Source: Protoeuglena noctilucae
Lineage: Eukaryota
Length of the DNA: 64,000 nucleotides
Assembly: GCA_958009085.1 (NCBI GenBank)
Contig: OY253688.1
Location: 248,001-312,000, forward strand
Reading direction: 5' to 3'
Position numbers and translations under genes: made by a program. The stretch's first letter is position 1, and each line of letters starts with the position of its first letter. Positions 24,311 through 37,342 of the stretch are shown piece after piece. The notes below the pieces were generated by a model that saw nothing but the letters and a program-made list of their open reading frames with translations, searched no databases and was not told where the DNA came from.

Positions 24311-25043
24311 CTAATGAGCCGTTTGAAATGACGAAGCCCTCCGGTCGCAGACACTCCACGGCCCAGATTCCGCGCTCCTCATCCACGAAGCACCTCCCCC
24401 ACCCTTTGCACTTCATCAAGAACTGCATGGCATCGCGGCATGAGGCGGCATCAGTGCGCCGCCGGCCCCGAAACCACCGGTCGCACGCGCTCTGCGCCTC
24501 ACCAAGGGGCCCTTCTCGACCGCGACCTTCTTAGGGAACTGAGCGTTGAGGGCTCGCTCGGCACTCTGGTAACAGTACAGGACCGCATCGGTCGGTGGCC
24601 AGCTCATAGCCCCGCGCGCTGCCCTCGTCGTGTGCCCCAGCCGGTACTGCGTCTTGCCGTCAAACACGGACACGATGCGCAGGTCCTGGACAGCTGTGAC
24701 GACCTGCAGCACGGCGTGGGGCACCCTGGGACCACCCTCAGCTTGCCACAGCATGCCGTGCGCTACCCGTCAGTGCACAGCTTGCGACGCGCATGCAGAG
24801 TGTGGGGTCTTGCCTTGTAAAAGCGGGTTGGCTTCTTGATGTAGACCGTCTTCCAGTTGCTTGGCAGGTGATACCTCATCCCCTGGCTGGGCACGAGCTG
24901 CTTGAGCAGGGCGAGCTGCGCGAAGAAGACAGTTTTAAGGATCTGCGCGTCACTGGCGCATTGCGTATGATGACCTTAAGGCGCAGGCAGCGCGACTCTG
25001 ACGCCATTGGCCTTGCCTGGGCTTCTAAAACCTCCCCACGCAT
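24311..25043 (-). CDS. Small basic hypothetical protein (about 4 exons)
   Basis: Spliced reading LALLKQLVP...KKPTRFYK|VVTAVQDLRIVSVFDGKTQYRLG...LYCYQSAERALNAQFPK...PL|VLMKCKGWG...WAVECLRP...SNGSL*. Start uncertain. Confidence 0.65.
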
Positions 25044-25510
25044 CCCAACCCTAAGGGTCTCCAAAGCCCGCCGGACACCCTCCTTGACGGTCCCTGGATC
25101 CCCACCACGATTATTTTCACCACCATAGCGTGCTGCAGAGTCCCGGCCTGGCGCGGAAGCTGCAGAGTCGGGCATCTCGCACCGTTGTCGCCACGCCAGC
25201 CTCAATGGCAGCTGGGCCACGCCTGCCGGCACCCGCGGTGTAGATGCGGCGCCAGGCGCACTGGCAACTTGTCACGTCGCGTGCGCCCTACCTCCTGCCG
25301 GCCGCAACCGAAGCTGGCTGGCACCCTCCACACTGGCGGCTGGCGGGGGGGTTGATGCGCGAGGAGGAGGAACCGGGCGCCGCGGTGGAGCTGCCCTCCT
25401 TTCCTGTCATCGCAGGGGGCAAGGCCCGCAGTGCGTTTGGGCCGCCTGGATGTCCCGCCCAGTTTCCCGCGTGCCCGCGCGCGAGATGCGCAACTGAGGA
25501 CGGGCGGAGG

Positions 25511-28500
25511 ATGAAGAACATTCCCGGGAAGTTTAAGGTGGCGGTGGAGGACCTGACCGGAGTCTGGTCGACCGTCCAGCCGGTCATCTACACGTGCGCA
25601 ACGCTCGGTGAGCTCTTCCTCGCGATTGCGGCTCTCATGGCGCCTCCCAGGCATTCGATGTAATTAATCTTTGGCTACGCAAGTATTTGCATTACTTCTC
25701 TTGCTTTTGCGTCACGCCGCTGAAGCGCTGACCACTGGCTGGTGCCCGTTTCTGCAGAGGGCGTCGTGATTGGATCGGGGACGGACGCTATCCTGACGGA
25801 TGCCGTCGCAGTCGAGTATCTGCCCATCTCCCAGGAGATGGCGACGGAGCCCCACGGAATGACTTCATGGGTGAGGCTGGCAAAAGCACTATGCGCGACG
25901 GGTGCGGCACCTGTTCGCGGCTTTCCGAGCAACCTCAGCCTCTCTTTCTCCAGAACTGGCGGCCCTTCGTGCATCTCATTCTCGTTTCCAGCGAGAGCCC
26001 CGAGGACTACAAGGCCCGGGCACGCCCACGTCTCCGACAGACCGTCAACGAGGACTTCCCCGTGTGCGGGAGGCGCGTGGTGGCGTTCGTTCGGCCGCGG
26101 CACCTCGAGATCTCTGCCAAGGGTCCGAAGAAGGTCTACGACCTCATCGCCGAGGACTGCACGGGCTCCGGGCGCAAGCCCCTGGCCGTCCATTGCCGGC
26201 TGGACCCACCCACGGCATATGGCACGCCGTTCTCCAAGGCGCCGCCGCCCCTCGCCGGCCACCTCCTCGGCCTCGGCCTGCTGAAGGATGCGCTGCGCTC
26301 GGCGCTGGGGACGGAGGTGCGGGGACACGCAGGGCCTGAACCCACCGTACCACGTTGCCAGCCCGGCATGTAGCCTGGCCATGGTCACGTCCTGCACTGT
26401 GCTCCTCCCACGCAGATCACGTGGCGCAAGCTGCAGGCCGAGCGGCTTGTGCAGGAGCTCTGGGCTTTCCCGCCCCGCACCCCAGCCGAGTTCTGGCGCG
26501 CCTTTGCGACGCGCGACAACCTGGCCCACATGGTGCAGGCGGCGGGCCTCCTCAATCAGGCGCTTCTGCACTACCAGCATCTCCAGAACCTCGTCGGGCA
26601 GTACAGCAACTGGCAGGTGGGACCTCGAGTCGGCGGGGAAACGATGATCGAGACGGGTTGTGCCGACCATCCCAGGTGCCCCGAGACAGTGCCGCGGTCA
26701 TGCGCTTTGTTCAATTTGCGTCTATGTCGCCCCATGCAGACGGAGTTTGGCGGGGCCACTCTGGGCGATGACCGCGCCGCCATGCTGCGGGAAGACGTCT
26801 TTGTGTCGCGCTACCAAAACAGCGCCAAGCAGCCGACCGAGTTCGACACGCGCCAGTACCTCATGGCACGCGTCGCGTCGCTTCTGTCCCTGCTGGTGAG
26901 GCGGCGCTGGCTCGTCATTGTCTACGCCGGGCGCCGTCAGCGAGCCATGAGGGGCTCCATTGCGTAGCCTTCTTCATGCGGTGTCGACCAACCCACGTGG
27001 CCGACGCCTGCCGTCGAAAACAAGCTTTCGCACGCAACGGCATCCTCGCTCTCGGCCTCTCGCAGGGTGCCCCAGACCTGGCCGTCCAGCGTGCCGTGGC
27101 GTTCCTCCGCACCTTCGCCGCCACACTGTCACAGGCGCAGAGCGCGGACCTCCCGCACCTGCCTGAGCCTGGCGCCGAGGCGCAGGGAGCGGTGGATCCT
27201 CGGAAGCCCGACGACGCCCGAGACCGCCTGCCCACGGTGCCCCCGCTGCTGTGCGAGGCGTGGACCTTCACGGCGGCCCTGGAGGTGGTGCGCCTCACGC
27301 TGCCTTTTCCCTGGGTGCCGCGCTCGGCGGTTGCGCGTGGGCAGCAGCTGCGGCGCCGCGAGAGGGCGCGCATGCAGCTCCCGCCCTCGCCCGCCCGCGC
27401 CGCGCATGCGCTTGCGTTCGCCGCGCGCCGCGAGTGGCACCTGGCCTGCGCCCTGGCGGCCGTGGCGTCCGGCGCCCCCTCCCGCCGCGCCGGTCGGCCC
27501 TATGCGGACGAGTGGGGCCTCGGCCTCGACTTCCAGGGCCTGGAGAGACCCTGGGACGCCTCCGATGGGGACGCCTCGCTGCCCGACGACGACAGCCTGC
27601 CCCCGGACGTCCTCGTGCGCCGGGCCATCTCCCGCGCCCGCTGCTTCGCCGCGGCCCGCGACGAGCTCCTCCGCGTAGCTGCCGCCGTGGGGCACCTGGG
27701 CCCTGACGACCTGGCGTGCCTGGCGCCCGTGAGGGCCGACGCCCTGGCGCTCACGGTGGGGGACTTCGCCGTGCCCCCGTGGGTGGGCAACGGGGAGGTG
27801 GCCGTGGAGCCCCTGCCGTCGCTGGACAACCCCCTCGAGTCCTCCAACGCTGGGGACAACGCCTCCGGGGCCGACGCCGTGCTCAACCCCCCGGGAACGC
27901 CCGGCCTGGCCCAGCAGCTCCAGCGCCGGGCCCAGCACGCGCGCTCCAGCTCCATGTCCCTCGTCCCCGTCCCTTCCACGGACGGGCCCCTCGCCCCGCC
28001 CATGCCGGAGGCCGCAGGGGGCAGCCCTGACCGCGCCCGGTGGCTCAAGTTCTCGCGGTCCCAGATCGGCATGGACTTCGGCGTCGGGCCCCCACCCGGC
28101 ACCAGCGTGGCGAAGGATCGGGTGGAAGAGGCGGGGACCATGCCATTGCCTGCGCCGACCCCCGCCAAGCCCGTCACCCCCGCCGTGCCCCCCCCGCCGC
28201 CCGGCCCGCCTCAGACGGTGCCGCATCACCGGTCTCGCCTCAGCCTGGCCAACACCCTCAACCTATTTGGCAGCGCCGCGGGGCTGTCGGTCTTCTCAGC
28301 GACCACCCCTCCCCCACCCGCGGCCGCGCTGGAGGAGGGCGCGAGGGAGCAGGGGAGGTACCAGGCGACCGCCCGACGCATTTGGCAGGCCTTAACGGAG
28401 GGCATGGACTTGGACATCGGCCGCCGACCCGGGGCCACCCCGCGGGACAGCGCGAGAGAGGCCCGCACGCCCATGCCCAGCGCTGAGGCGGTGCCAGCGA

Positions 28501-31500
28501 CCTCCTCTGCCCCCGCCAACGTGGCGATGCCGGCACCTGAGGCGGCCCCCGCTGCCGAGCAGGGCTCCGGGAGAGATGCGTCGGGGGATGCGGCCCCAGC
28601 GCCGCAGGTGCGCGTGGCGGTGCCGGACCAGGTGCCGGCCAACCCCGCACGGGTGCGCCGCGCACGGCTGAAGGAGCTTGCGGCGGCGCCTGCCGCGGTG
28701 CGGGAGCGACTCCGTACCTTCTGGGAGCAGCGTGCCTCGGACTGCCGCCTGCGCTCGGCCGTCGGCGACCGCGCCCAGTGCATGGCGCTGCTGGCGGCGC
28801 TGTCGGCCGCCGCGGGCGCCCACCTGTGCGTGGCTGGCGAGGGCCGCGCGGCAAGGGACATGGCCTTCGACTGCGCCGTGTTCCTCTGTAAGGGCGGGCG
28901 TCCCGCGGACGCAGTCGAGGTCCTGGAGGCGTCGACGGCGGCTGCGGATGGGGCGGCTGGGGACGGGCCAGGGCATCACGCGTGCGGGGGCTCCCGGATT
29001 GCGGCGTGGGGTACGCCGCCCCTCCGCTCGCTCGCACTCGCATGGCGCTGCCGCCAGCGCGCCCGCCTGCCCCTGCACACCGCCGACGCTCTGCGGCTGC
29101 TGGCGGCGGGGGACGCGTCCCTGCGGCCCCTCGTCTCCCAGGACGAGCTCCTGGCCTTCTTGCGAGAGTCAGGCGTCCTCCAGGCCCCCGCGCCCAGGGC
29201 GGCCCGCGGCGCATCCCTGCAGCGGCAGCCCAGCGCCCGCCGCACGATGGGTGCGCTGGGGGAGGAGCCGGGGGACACCCCAGCCCTCGTCCTCTGGCCC
29301 TCCGTCGCCGCCGTGTCCCACCCCTCCCCGTCCTCCGTGCCCCTGCGCTTCTCGCCGGCAGCGACCCCCCCGGGCGCCGCCTTCTGGGCCCTCCGTGGCG
29401 CCGTGGGGGGCCCCGTGGCCGGCGACCGCGTCGGCTGCACCGTCGCCCTCCTCTCGGCCCTCCCCATCCCCGTCTCCCTCGACGACGCCTGCCTGGCCCT
29501 CGACCGCCTGCCCGTGGCCAACCACCCGGCCTGGCGCGACGCGGGCATCCCCGACCAGGTCCTGCTCCCCGTCGCCTCGCGCCGACCTGTCAGGCTCGAG
29601 CCGGGTGCTGCCGCCGAGGTCGCCTTCGCGGGGGTCGTCGCGGACCCGGGGTGCTACGCCGCCTCTCACGTCCTCGCGCGCCTCGGGTCCGCGCGCGTGG
29701 CGGTGCCCGTCTTCCAGCGGGCGGACGCGGGGGCCGAGGGCACCTGGCCACCCCCCGGCCGGCCCGCGACTGCCGCGGCGCTTGCGGAGGCCCTGGCGCC
29801 CGCGCCGTCCGAGGACCCGGACGGAGGGGCCGCGGGCGACGCGCGGGACGTGGCCGTCGTGCCCCCGCCGCCCGCGCGCTGGGCGGAGGTGTCTGTGCGC
29901 CCTCGCGGCCCCGCCCTCCACGCCGCGCTGCTGCCCCTCAGCCCCGCGGGCGTCGTGGCCGGCCTCCGCCAGCCCCTCGCCTTCGTCGTGGACCTCGCTT
30001 CCCAGTCCGTGGGCGCCCGCTCGGCCCACGACCTCGACGTCGCCCTCCCCGACACCGTGCCCTTCGCGGGGACCATCGCCGACCCGGACCCGGCCCCCGC
30101 GACACCCCGCGCGCGTCCCCCGGGGACTCTCGCCCGCGGCCGCCTCGTCCTCTCGGGCCATGCGGGCCAGGACCTCGTCGTTCTCGCCGAGGACGCCAGC
30201 ACCCCCGGGCCCCTCCGTGTGCTGGGCCCCGGCGAGGTCCGCTCCCTCGGCCGCAACCGCGTCGCCGTCGCCCACCCTGGGGCCTTCGCGGCCCTCGTCA
30301 TCCTGGCCGCCGCGCGCGTCGAGGTGGACGACGCCGACGCCCGTCCCACAGTCGCAGCCGCCCCGGCCGTGCCGCCCCGCCCGACCCCCCCGGCCGAGCT
30401 TCTCCGCACGCCGTCGCTCCGCTCCCCGCGGCTCGTCCCCAGCGTCACGCACCGCGAGCCCCAGGGCACCATTGCCTCGTCGCGCATCCCCGTCCCGCCC
30501 CTCAGCCCCCGCGCCCTCCGCGCCGTCACTTCGGGTTGCGAGGGCGCCCGGTCACCCCGCGCCCAGCACCGCGCCAGCCGCCCCGCATGCCTGGCGCACC
30601 TTCACGTGTCCGGGGAAGGGGACAGCCCCTGGCGCCACGCGGCCCTCGTGCCCGTGCCCCTGGCCGCCCCCTTCGCCGTCACCTCCCTCTCCGCCCAGGC
30701 CATCGCCCCCGACCTCGTCGCCCTTTCCGCCGAGATCACATGCGGCATGCAAGGCGTCGTGGGCCAAATTGACGTCCTCTCGGAGTCCCTGAGGCTCGAA
30801 GGCGGCCCCGCCGGTGCCGCGGCCGTCCTGGCTGACGACGCTGCCGACCTCCTCGCGGCCGGGCCCCTCTGCGTCGCTCCTGGCGAGACCGTCACACTCT
30901 CCTGGCTCCTCCGCACGGCGCCGTGGGCCGCCGACAGCGCCCTGCCCTGCCGCATCGAACTCGCCTTCCGCCCCGCCGCGCCACCCCCGTGGCTCGTCGT
31001 CGCCGCCGCGGCTCTGGGCGACACGGACCGCCACCGGCGCCTGGCCGAGCGCGTCTGCGCCGCCATGGCCTCCCTCCTGTGGCCCGCCCTCGCTGCCCGG
31101 GCCCCCGGCCGACCCAACCCATCCCCCGACCAGGATGCGGACAGCCCCAGGCAGGGATCGCCGGGCTCTCTCGCCCCCGACGCTTCTGCCTCCCCCGCCG
31201 TCGCGTCTCGCCAGGCGTGGGCTGAGCACGCCCCGGCCGGGGACGCCCCGGCTGCGGGCCCCGTTCGGAGCGCGTCAGACGCGGCCGATGCCGACGTCGA
31301 CGGTGAGCGCCCCTGGGCCCCCGGGGCGGGCCCCTCTCCCGAGGAGCTCCGGCGCGCGGCAGCGCGTGGTGGTTCCGGCGGGCGCCGCCCCCCTCTGCAC
31401 CTGGAGTTGCTGGACGTGTCCCTGTCCTCCGCACGAGAGGACACCCCCAGCCTCGCCCTCCCCGCCCACTCCCCTCCGAGCCACTCGACCACCCCCGCGT

Positions 31501-32303
31501 CGTCCGTGTCCCCCTCTGCGGCCTCCCAGTCCCACGCGGAGCCGTCCTCTGTTCTCGAGATCTCAGCCGTTGCAGACGAGGCGGTGTGGATCGCCGAGGG
31601 AGCGGGCAGCCCCAGGGACGCCTCGGGGATCTTGGACGCCATCCTGCGGCGGGAGGGGCACCCGGAAGGCGCCCCGGGGGCCAGCGACCCGGGCACGGCG
31701 GGGCGAGAGGCGCATGCAGCGGGGGCCCGTGCGGGGGCAGGGACGGAGGCAGATGCGGGCGCGCCCCGCCCCGGCACGGCGCCCGCCGCCGAGGTTCCCG
31801 CCCTGCCGAGCGCCCCTCCGCGGGAGCATGCGGCCCGGGAGACGTCGCGGTGGGAGTTTGCCTTCGACCTCCGCGTCCCCCGGGGCCCTGGGGAGCCCCT
31901 GCCGCTCATCTCCGTCCGGCGCAGCGTGCTGGAGCGGGGCCCGGCGGGCTCGAACGCCATCTTCTTGTTCACGGTGCAGCTGCTCGAGGAAGTGGACGGG
32001 CCAGACACGATCAGGTGCGTGCGGGGCAGTCCCTGCTGTGGTGCGCCATCGCACGCGTGGCCTGCTGATCCGTAGAGCTGATGGTAACGATCTCGCTTCT
32101 CTCTGTTCGCTCGCAGCCTGGCGTACGTGGTGAAGGCGGACCCCGCGCACTGGGCCCACGGGGCGGCGTCCGGGACAGTGCAGCTGCCCAACCTGAGCGG
32201 GGCGCTGAGCATGGTGGAGTCCGCATGGGTGTCTGTCACCGACTTGCCGGACGTGCCGCCTCCCTTGTTCGAGGTCGCCGGGGCCAGAGTCGTCTCGTCG
32301 TGA
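25511..32303 (+). CDS. TRAPP II subunit TRAPPC10/Trs130-like, greatly expanded
   Basis: KVAVEDLTGVW, PFVHLILVSSESPEDYKARARPRLR, KKVYDLIAED, FWRAFATRDNLAHMVQAAGLLNQALLHY and TEFDTRQYLMAR. C-terminal YVVKADPAHWAHG. One exon of about 4.95 kb (27066-32014). Confidence 0.8.
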
Positions 32304-32650
32304 CCAGCAAGGCAGAGTTAGTTGGAGGGGCGCGTCGTACACAGCTGCGCCCGCTGCTGGCAGCACGCCGCTTAGGCGATCTCGTAGTTCAATCGCGTGC
32401 AAGTGAGAGTGGAGCAGAGTACGGAAGGGGATTCGTTCAAGGAAACGCGAAGCCCAGGCAGTGTTGCCACCACTCACAAAAAAAGGGGGGAAAGTGCTTT
32501 GTCCCTGCTTAGGAAAAACCATCAAAAGAGTGTAAGCTCTGCCTCGCTGACAGAGATGCCTACGTCGTGAGAGGGATGCGAGAGATAAGGCGTCCGACAG
32601 CAAGCCCAGTGAGGGATGCCCCTGACCCGGCCCAGAGCTCGCCCACCAGC

Positions 32651-35600
32651 TCATTTCGATGAAGCACGAGCCCCCTCCACCTCCCGAGTCACCACGGTCT
32701 GACTCCGATCCTCCGTCCGGGCCGCCATCAGCACCGCCATCGACTGCCGCACGTCCCCCAGGCACACCACGCCGCGGTACTCGCCCTCCCGGGACACCGC
32801 GACGGCCAGGGCCGCCCCCTGCGCCTCCATGGCCCGCAGCGCGCTCTCCAGGTCGAGCTGGTCGTCCAGAAGCAGCACGCCGGGGGTCGTGACGTCCGTC
32901 ACGGGTTTGCCCCCCGCCCCGACGCGCTCCACGGCCGCCAAAACGTCCTGCCAGTCCGCGGGTGACGCGCGGTTCATGCCGGCGAAGGTCAGGGCGAGAG
33001 GCGACCGCAGCGCGAGGGCCGCGTTCGCGCTGAGAGGGACCGGGGGCGCCGGGGTGGGGCTGCCCACCGCGCCTCCCCGGCTGGCGAAGAAGCGGTCGAC
33101 GAGCTTCTCTCCCTGCGTGGAGATGAAGTAGGAGATGCCCACGGCACCACAGACCGGCAGAATGGCGTTGTAGTTGCGCGTGAGCTCGAAGATGAGGAGG
33201 ATGGACGTCAACGGCACGCGACACACTGCAGGCGGCGGGGCGGGGACGGTGGTCTCTCACAGGGGCGTGGCCGTCCAAGCAAGCAAGCACATCCAAAGTG
33301 CCAACGCTTTCTTGATGAGAGCCGCATGGGCGACTGACGAATGGTTAGACGCGGTGGACTCGCCTGAGCCGAGCATGGCGGCGACGGCAGCCAGGGCATA
33401 CGACTGGGGGGCGGCAACTGCCAAAGAGAGAAACGCGGCCCCTGCAGGGGCCTCGCCCTTCCAAAAGAGCTGCTGCGTGACAGGAGACACGGCGGCCTCC
33501 ACCAACTTGCCGTAGCCGGTCCTGCAAGGGAGCGACGGGGCACGGGATGCACAGTGCTTTGTACACGCCCCGCCCCTCCCAATGCACTGAGACGGACACG
33601 CGCGGCGGCATGACCCTTTCTCAGCTCGACATCCTCCCGTCCCCTGCGCATCCAGCGCCTCACCCGACCGCAGCGCCAAGGAAGATGGAAGGCGCAAAGA
33701 CCCCGCCGACCTGCCCCGACTCCCTCGCCACGGCCGTGGTGGCAATCTTGGCGGCCACGATCTCGCTGAGCACCACGGGGGTGTAGGAGCTGTCGACCTT
33801 GGCGCCGGACGCAATGACCGCTGCAGGGAGGGGCGGGCGATGAGATGCGGCACTGGCCAGCCCAACAGCTGGCGCAGGGGTACAGGGCCATCTCACTGCG
33901 CCGCGCACCGTTCACGTTGTTGAACCCCTGGTAGGTGATCTCTGGGAACACGATGGCGATGACCCCTGTCGCGAATCCGCCCATGGCCGGGAGGGCCCAG
34001 GTGGGCACGCCGCCCTTGCGAGCGCTCGAGACGGCGTCGCGTGCGAGGCGCGTGGTGAAGGAGAAGGCAGTGGCGGCGGAGCCACAGACGGCGCCGAGGA
34101 GGAGGTACAGAGGGAGCTCGATGGGGCTGCGGAGTGTGAAGGTGGGAACCCTGCGGGTATCGTAAAGAGAGCTGGGTAAGGCGAAGGCCTGGGACGGAGG
34201 GAGCGGGAGCGATGCAAATCACACCGACGGACCAGTCGTCGCCAAATAACGGGAACGTGACAGCTGTGCTACTGTGTGCTTCCTTCTCGCACCCCATCCA
34301 TGGCCGTCCCTCACCGGAAGGCCGGCTCCGACCCCAGGCCCCAGCTGACGACTGCGGACGCCGCCACGGCCGACAGCAGCACCATGACCACCGTAAGGTT
34401 CGCGTCCTCGTCCGCGTCCGGGGGCAGGCCGTCCTTGCGGCGCTGCCGCTGGCTCTGCGGGCGGGGCCGTCACATTCTGCTCATTGTCTCCCACCCTCGC
34501 ATGCTACAGCGCGCTGCTGAAGCGACAGGACGAGCGACGTCGCATCACTAAACCGTTCCTGCCCTGCCGCGCGCCCCCACCTCTGCGAGCACGCTCTCGA
34601 TGGCGTAAAAGACCCCGGCGATGGCGGCGTTGAACCCAGCAGCCACGCCCGCCGCCGCCCCGGCCGCGATGTACGAGGCGCGGCGGCCCTCGCTGAAGAG
34701 CGTCACGCGGTCGAGGGCCCCGATGCCCTTCGCCACGGCCCTGCCAATGTCCACGCTGGGCCCCTCGGGCCCCAAGGAAGCACCCGTGCCGAGCGTCACC
34801 ATGGCAGCCGTGGCCTTCAGGACCGGCCGCAGGGGCGCACGCACGCGCGTCTCAAAAAAGGTGCCCAGGCCGTCCATGGCGGGTCGCTTGGAGGCTTCTG
34901 CCTTGGCCGAAGTCGCCCTGGCGGACGGTGCGCCGCCGGCAGGCGGGGCCGGAGCGCCCGGTTTCGCGTCCGCCTTCTTCTTCGGCTCGAATCCACCCGC
35001 AAGATTCCGCAGAACACTTACGCCGAGCCCACCAAGAGCCGGGGCCAGCAGGAGGGTGACGATCAACCGGCCATGCTCCACCAGGCCTTCAGCATCTGGC
35101 GGGTTGTCGCGGTTGCTGAGAGGCAGGCTGCGAGGGCGGCGGCACGAGTTTGTTACGCAAGGCTGCGCCCGTCGCGCCGCGGGCGCGGCGCAGATACGGC
35201 CGGGAACGGTCGTTTCGTGGTCACGCACCCAGGTGCTACTATACCGGCGAAAATCTCCGGTTTCTTCGACTATGCCGAGCGCCCGCGGCATGCATCGCTA
35301 TCAGGAACACAAAATACGACGTACAGTGCAGCATGGGAGCCCGCAGCCGCCTCACCCTTCAAAAACCACGTCATGCAAGGCGTGGACCCCCAAGTTGAAT
35401 ACCACGACGGAGAGACCTGCGGAGGGAGTGCAACATACGAATCCGAGTCAGCGGCACACCAAGCATCCTCGGCGGGGCAGTTGCGCCGCGCGGCACCGGC
35501 GCATCACATGCGCCCAAAGCCCGCACCCGTGGCCACGCCCAGCAGCAGAGACGTGACGAGCACGCCGACCTCAGGCCCCGCTCCCGACGCCAGCTCGCCC

Positions 35601-35878
35601 GTCTTGAGGTCACTCAGATCGTCCGCGGTCATCTGCAGCGGCGTGACGGGCCCCACGACGCCGTCCCCGGGCATGGCCGTGCTCTTCTTGGACGGTTCCG
35701 CGCCCCACGCGCGGACGCGGGAGCGCCGGCTCAGTCCGCGGCATCCTGGAAGCTGCGGAAATGTCTCCCGGCGCCCAGTGCGTCGAGTTGGCCACGCTGG
35801 GCCTCGTGCGCAACGTGGGCTCGTCGACTCCGATGAGCGCGAAGCCCCATCCAAGCAAGACGGGCGCGCTCCTAGCAT
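32651..35878 (-). CDS. CLC chloride channel/antiporter, CLC-e/f type, with CBS tail and probable transit peptide
   Basis: LGTGASLGPEGPSVDIG, AGAAAGVAAGFNAAIAGVFYAIESVL, FPEITYQGF, GGVFAPSIFLGA, CRVPLTSILLIFELTRNY, and CBS-like YRGVVCLGDV. The N-terminus is R/S/A-rich. Confidence 0.93.
33226..33363 (-). other. GC-AG intron in CLC
   Basis: CAG|GCGAGT...TGCAG| restores MLGSVCRVPLTS. Confidence 0.85.
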
Positions 35879-36198
35879 CGCGGTGGCACAGGATAACGAG
35901 GTGGAAAGCTAAACTTTCACGCGCAAGGGATCGCGAATGTGTGTGAGGGTGATGCTGCGCGAATTTGATGCTGGAAAACTGGCTTCCTCTTCCTAGCCGC
36001 CTGCCATCTTCTAGTGGTGGTGACGGAGCTGACACCGCGCTTGGCTTCAACTGGCCTGCCCTTGGTGTGGCACTGACACAACAATTTACCCCAGCTGGCC
36101 CCAAAGGAAATAGGACGCGAATGGTTCCAATCTCAGGTGGCAGAGAGGGAGGGCAACTAGGACCCGGTGGTATACAACATCCAAGACCATCTCGCACC

Positions 36199-36960
36199 AT
36201 GGCGGCGGCGGCCTTGCTTGAGTCGTATGCCGGGCTCCCCCTGTGCATCGGGGCCGTCTTTGGTGCCCAGGTAATCGCGGCGATGGCGTTTTCATTGCAT
36301 TGCACCATCGCAGCGCAGCTGATGGCCCACGTCACCCCCCCATCCCACTGCGCAGCGGCTCGTTCGGACGGGTGACACCCTGTGGTATCGGCGCGTCGTC
36401 AAGCCCTCGTGGCACCCGCCGTTCTGGATGTTCCCCGCGATGTGGATCCCGCTCAAGCTCATGCAGAGCATTGCGCTGTGGCTCGTGCTCGGGCGAATCC
36501 GCACCCCGGTTACGCGAGACAGCGCCCTCTTCGCCGGTGACGAAAGGATTTGGGCGGAATCGATGCGTAAAGCATTTGCTCGTCGCGGCCTGGCTTGGCA
36601 CGCTGCCGTTATTACCCCGCGTCCCCCGCAGTGGCCGTGTTTGCCGTGCACGTCTTCCTGGGGTGCTGGTGGAATGTCGTCTTCTTCGGGAAGCACCGCA
36701 TCGCCGAGTCGGTGCCGTGGATGCTCACGTTCTGGACCAGCGTCGTAGCCACGGCGGGGGCGTGCCATGCTGTCGCCCCCGCAGCCGGGTACCTCGTGGC
36801 CCCGACGATCGGCTGGGTGACGGCAGCCACGGCGCTCAACATCCACATCTGGCGGCTCAACCCCAAGGGCGTTCCGGAGCCCACGGCCGCCGAGCGGGCT
36901 GCGTTTGAGAAGGAGCAGGCCGCGAAGAGGGACGCCAGCAAGGACGGCAAGCGCAAGTAA
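36199..36960 (+). CDS. TSPO: TspO/MBR translocator family protein (3 exons)
   Basis: WYRRVVKPSWHPPFWMFPAMW, LGCWWNVVFFG and AGYLVAPTIGWVTAATALNIHIWRLN. Confidence 0.92.
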
Positions 36961-37342
36961 GAGCGGACGACTCGCTGGCGGCGGATAGCCCAGGCACTGA
37001 GACGGCTCTTGGTGACTGGTGTGCCTCTGCTTGAAAGTCGAGCCAGTCGTTCGAGCCAGAGCGGAGCGGAGGGGACGTGCTACGAGTGCGGGGCGAGGTG
37101 CATGCTAGCAAGCAGCAAGGCCCAGGCGTCCGGCGGAATCGGGATGGGAGGCCGCGCAGGAGCGCGCTGGGCCAGTCGAAAACGCTTGCGGCGAGCAAGG
37201 AAAGGGTAGGGCAGCGGCGGTCGAGCGTCAAACGCAGCTCTGCTGCACGACTGCATTTAGAGTAGACAACGTGACTTGAGGCTTGAGGGACTTCCCCACA
37301 GCCATCCGGGGCGCTCTTGGCCCCGATGGCCGACAGGTGGCA

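Noticed and set aside
27067..32239. Very long overlapping and antisense ORFs (e.g. 28678-30792, 28982-30772, 30602-32239)
   Set aside because: These are shadow frames expected from stop-codon scarcity at very high GC. The translations are R/P/G/A low-complexity with no motifs.
32531..32535. TGTAA as a chlorophyte poly(A) signal (also 55932-55936 on the minus strand)
   Set aside because: It is plausible for these two genes, but I did not see it after most other stops, so it cannot be supported as a feature.
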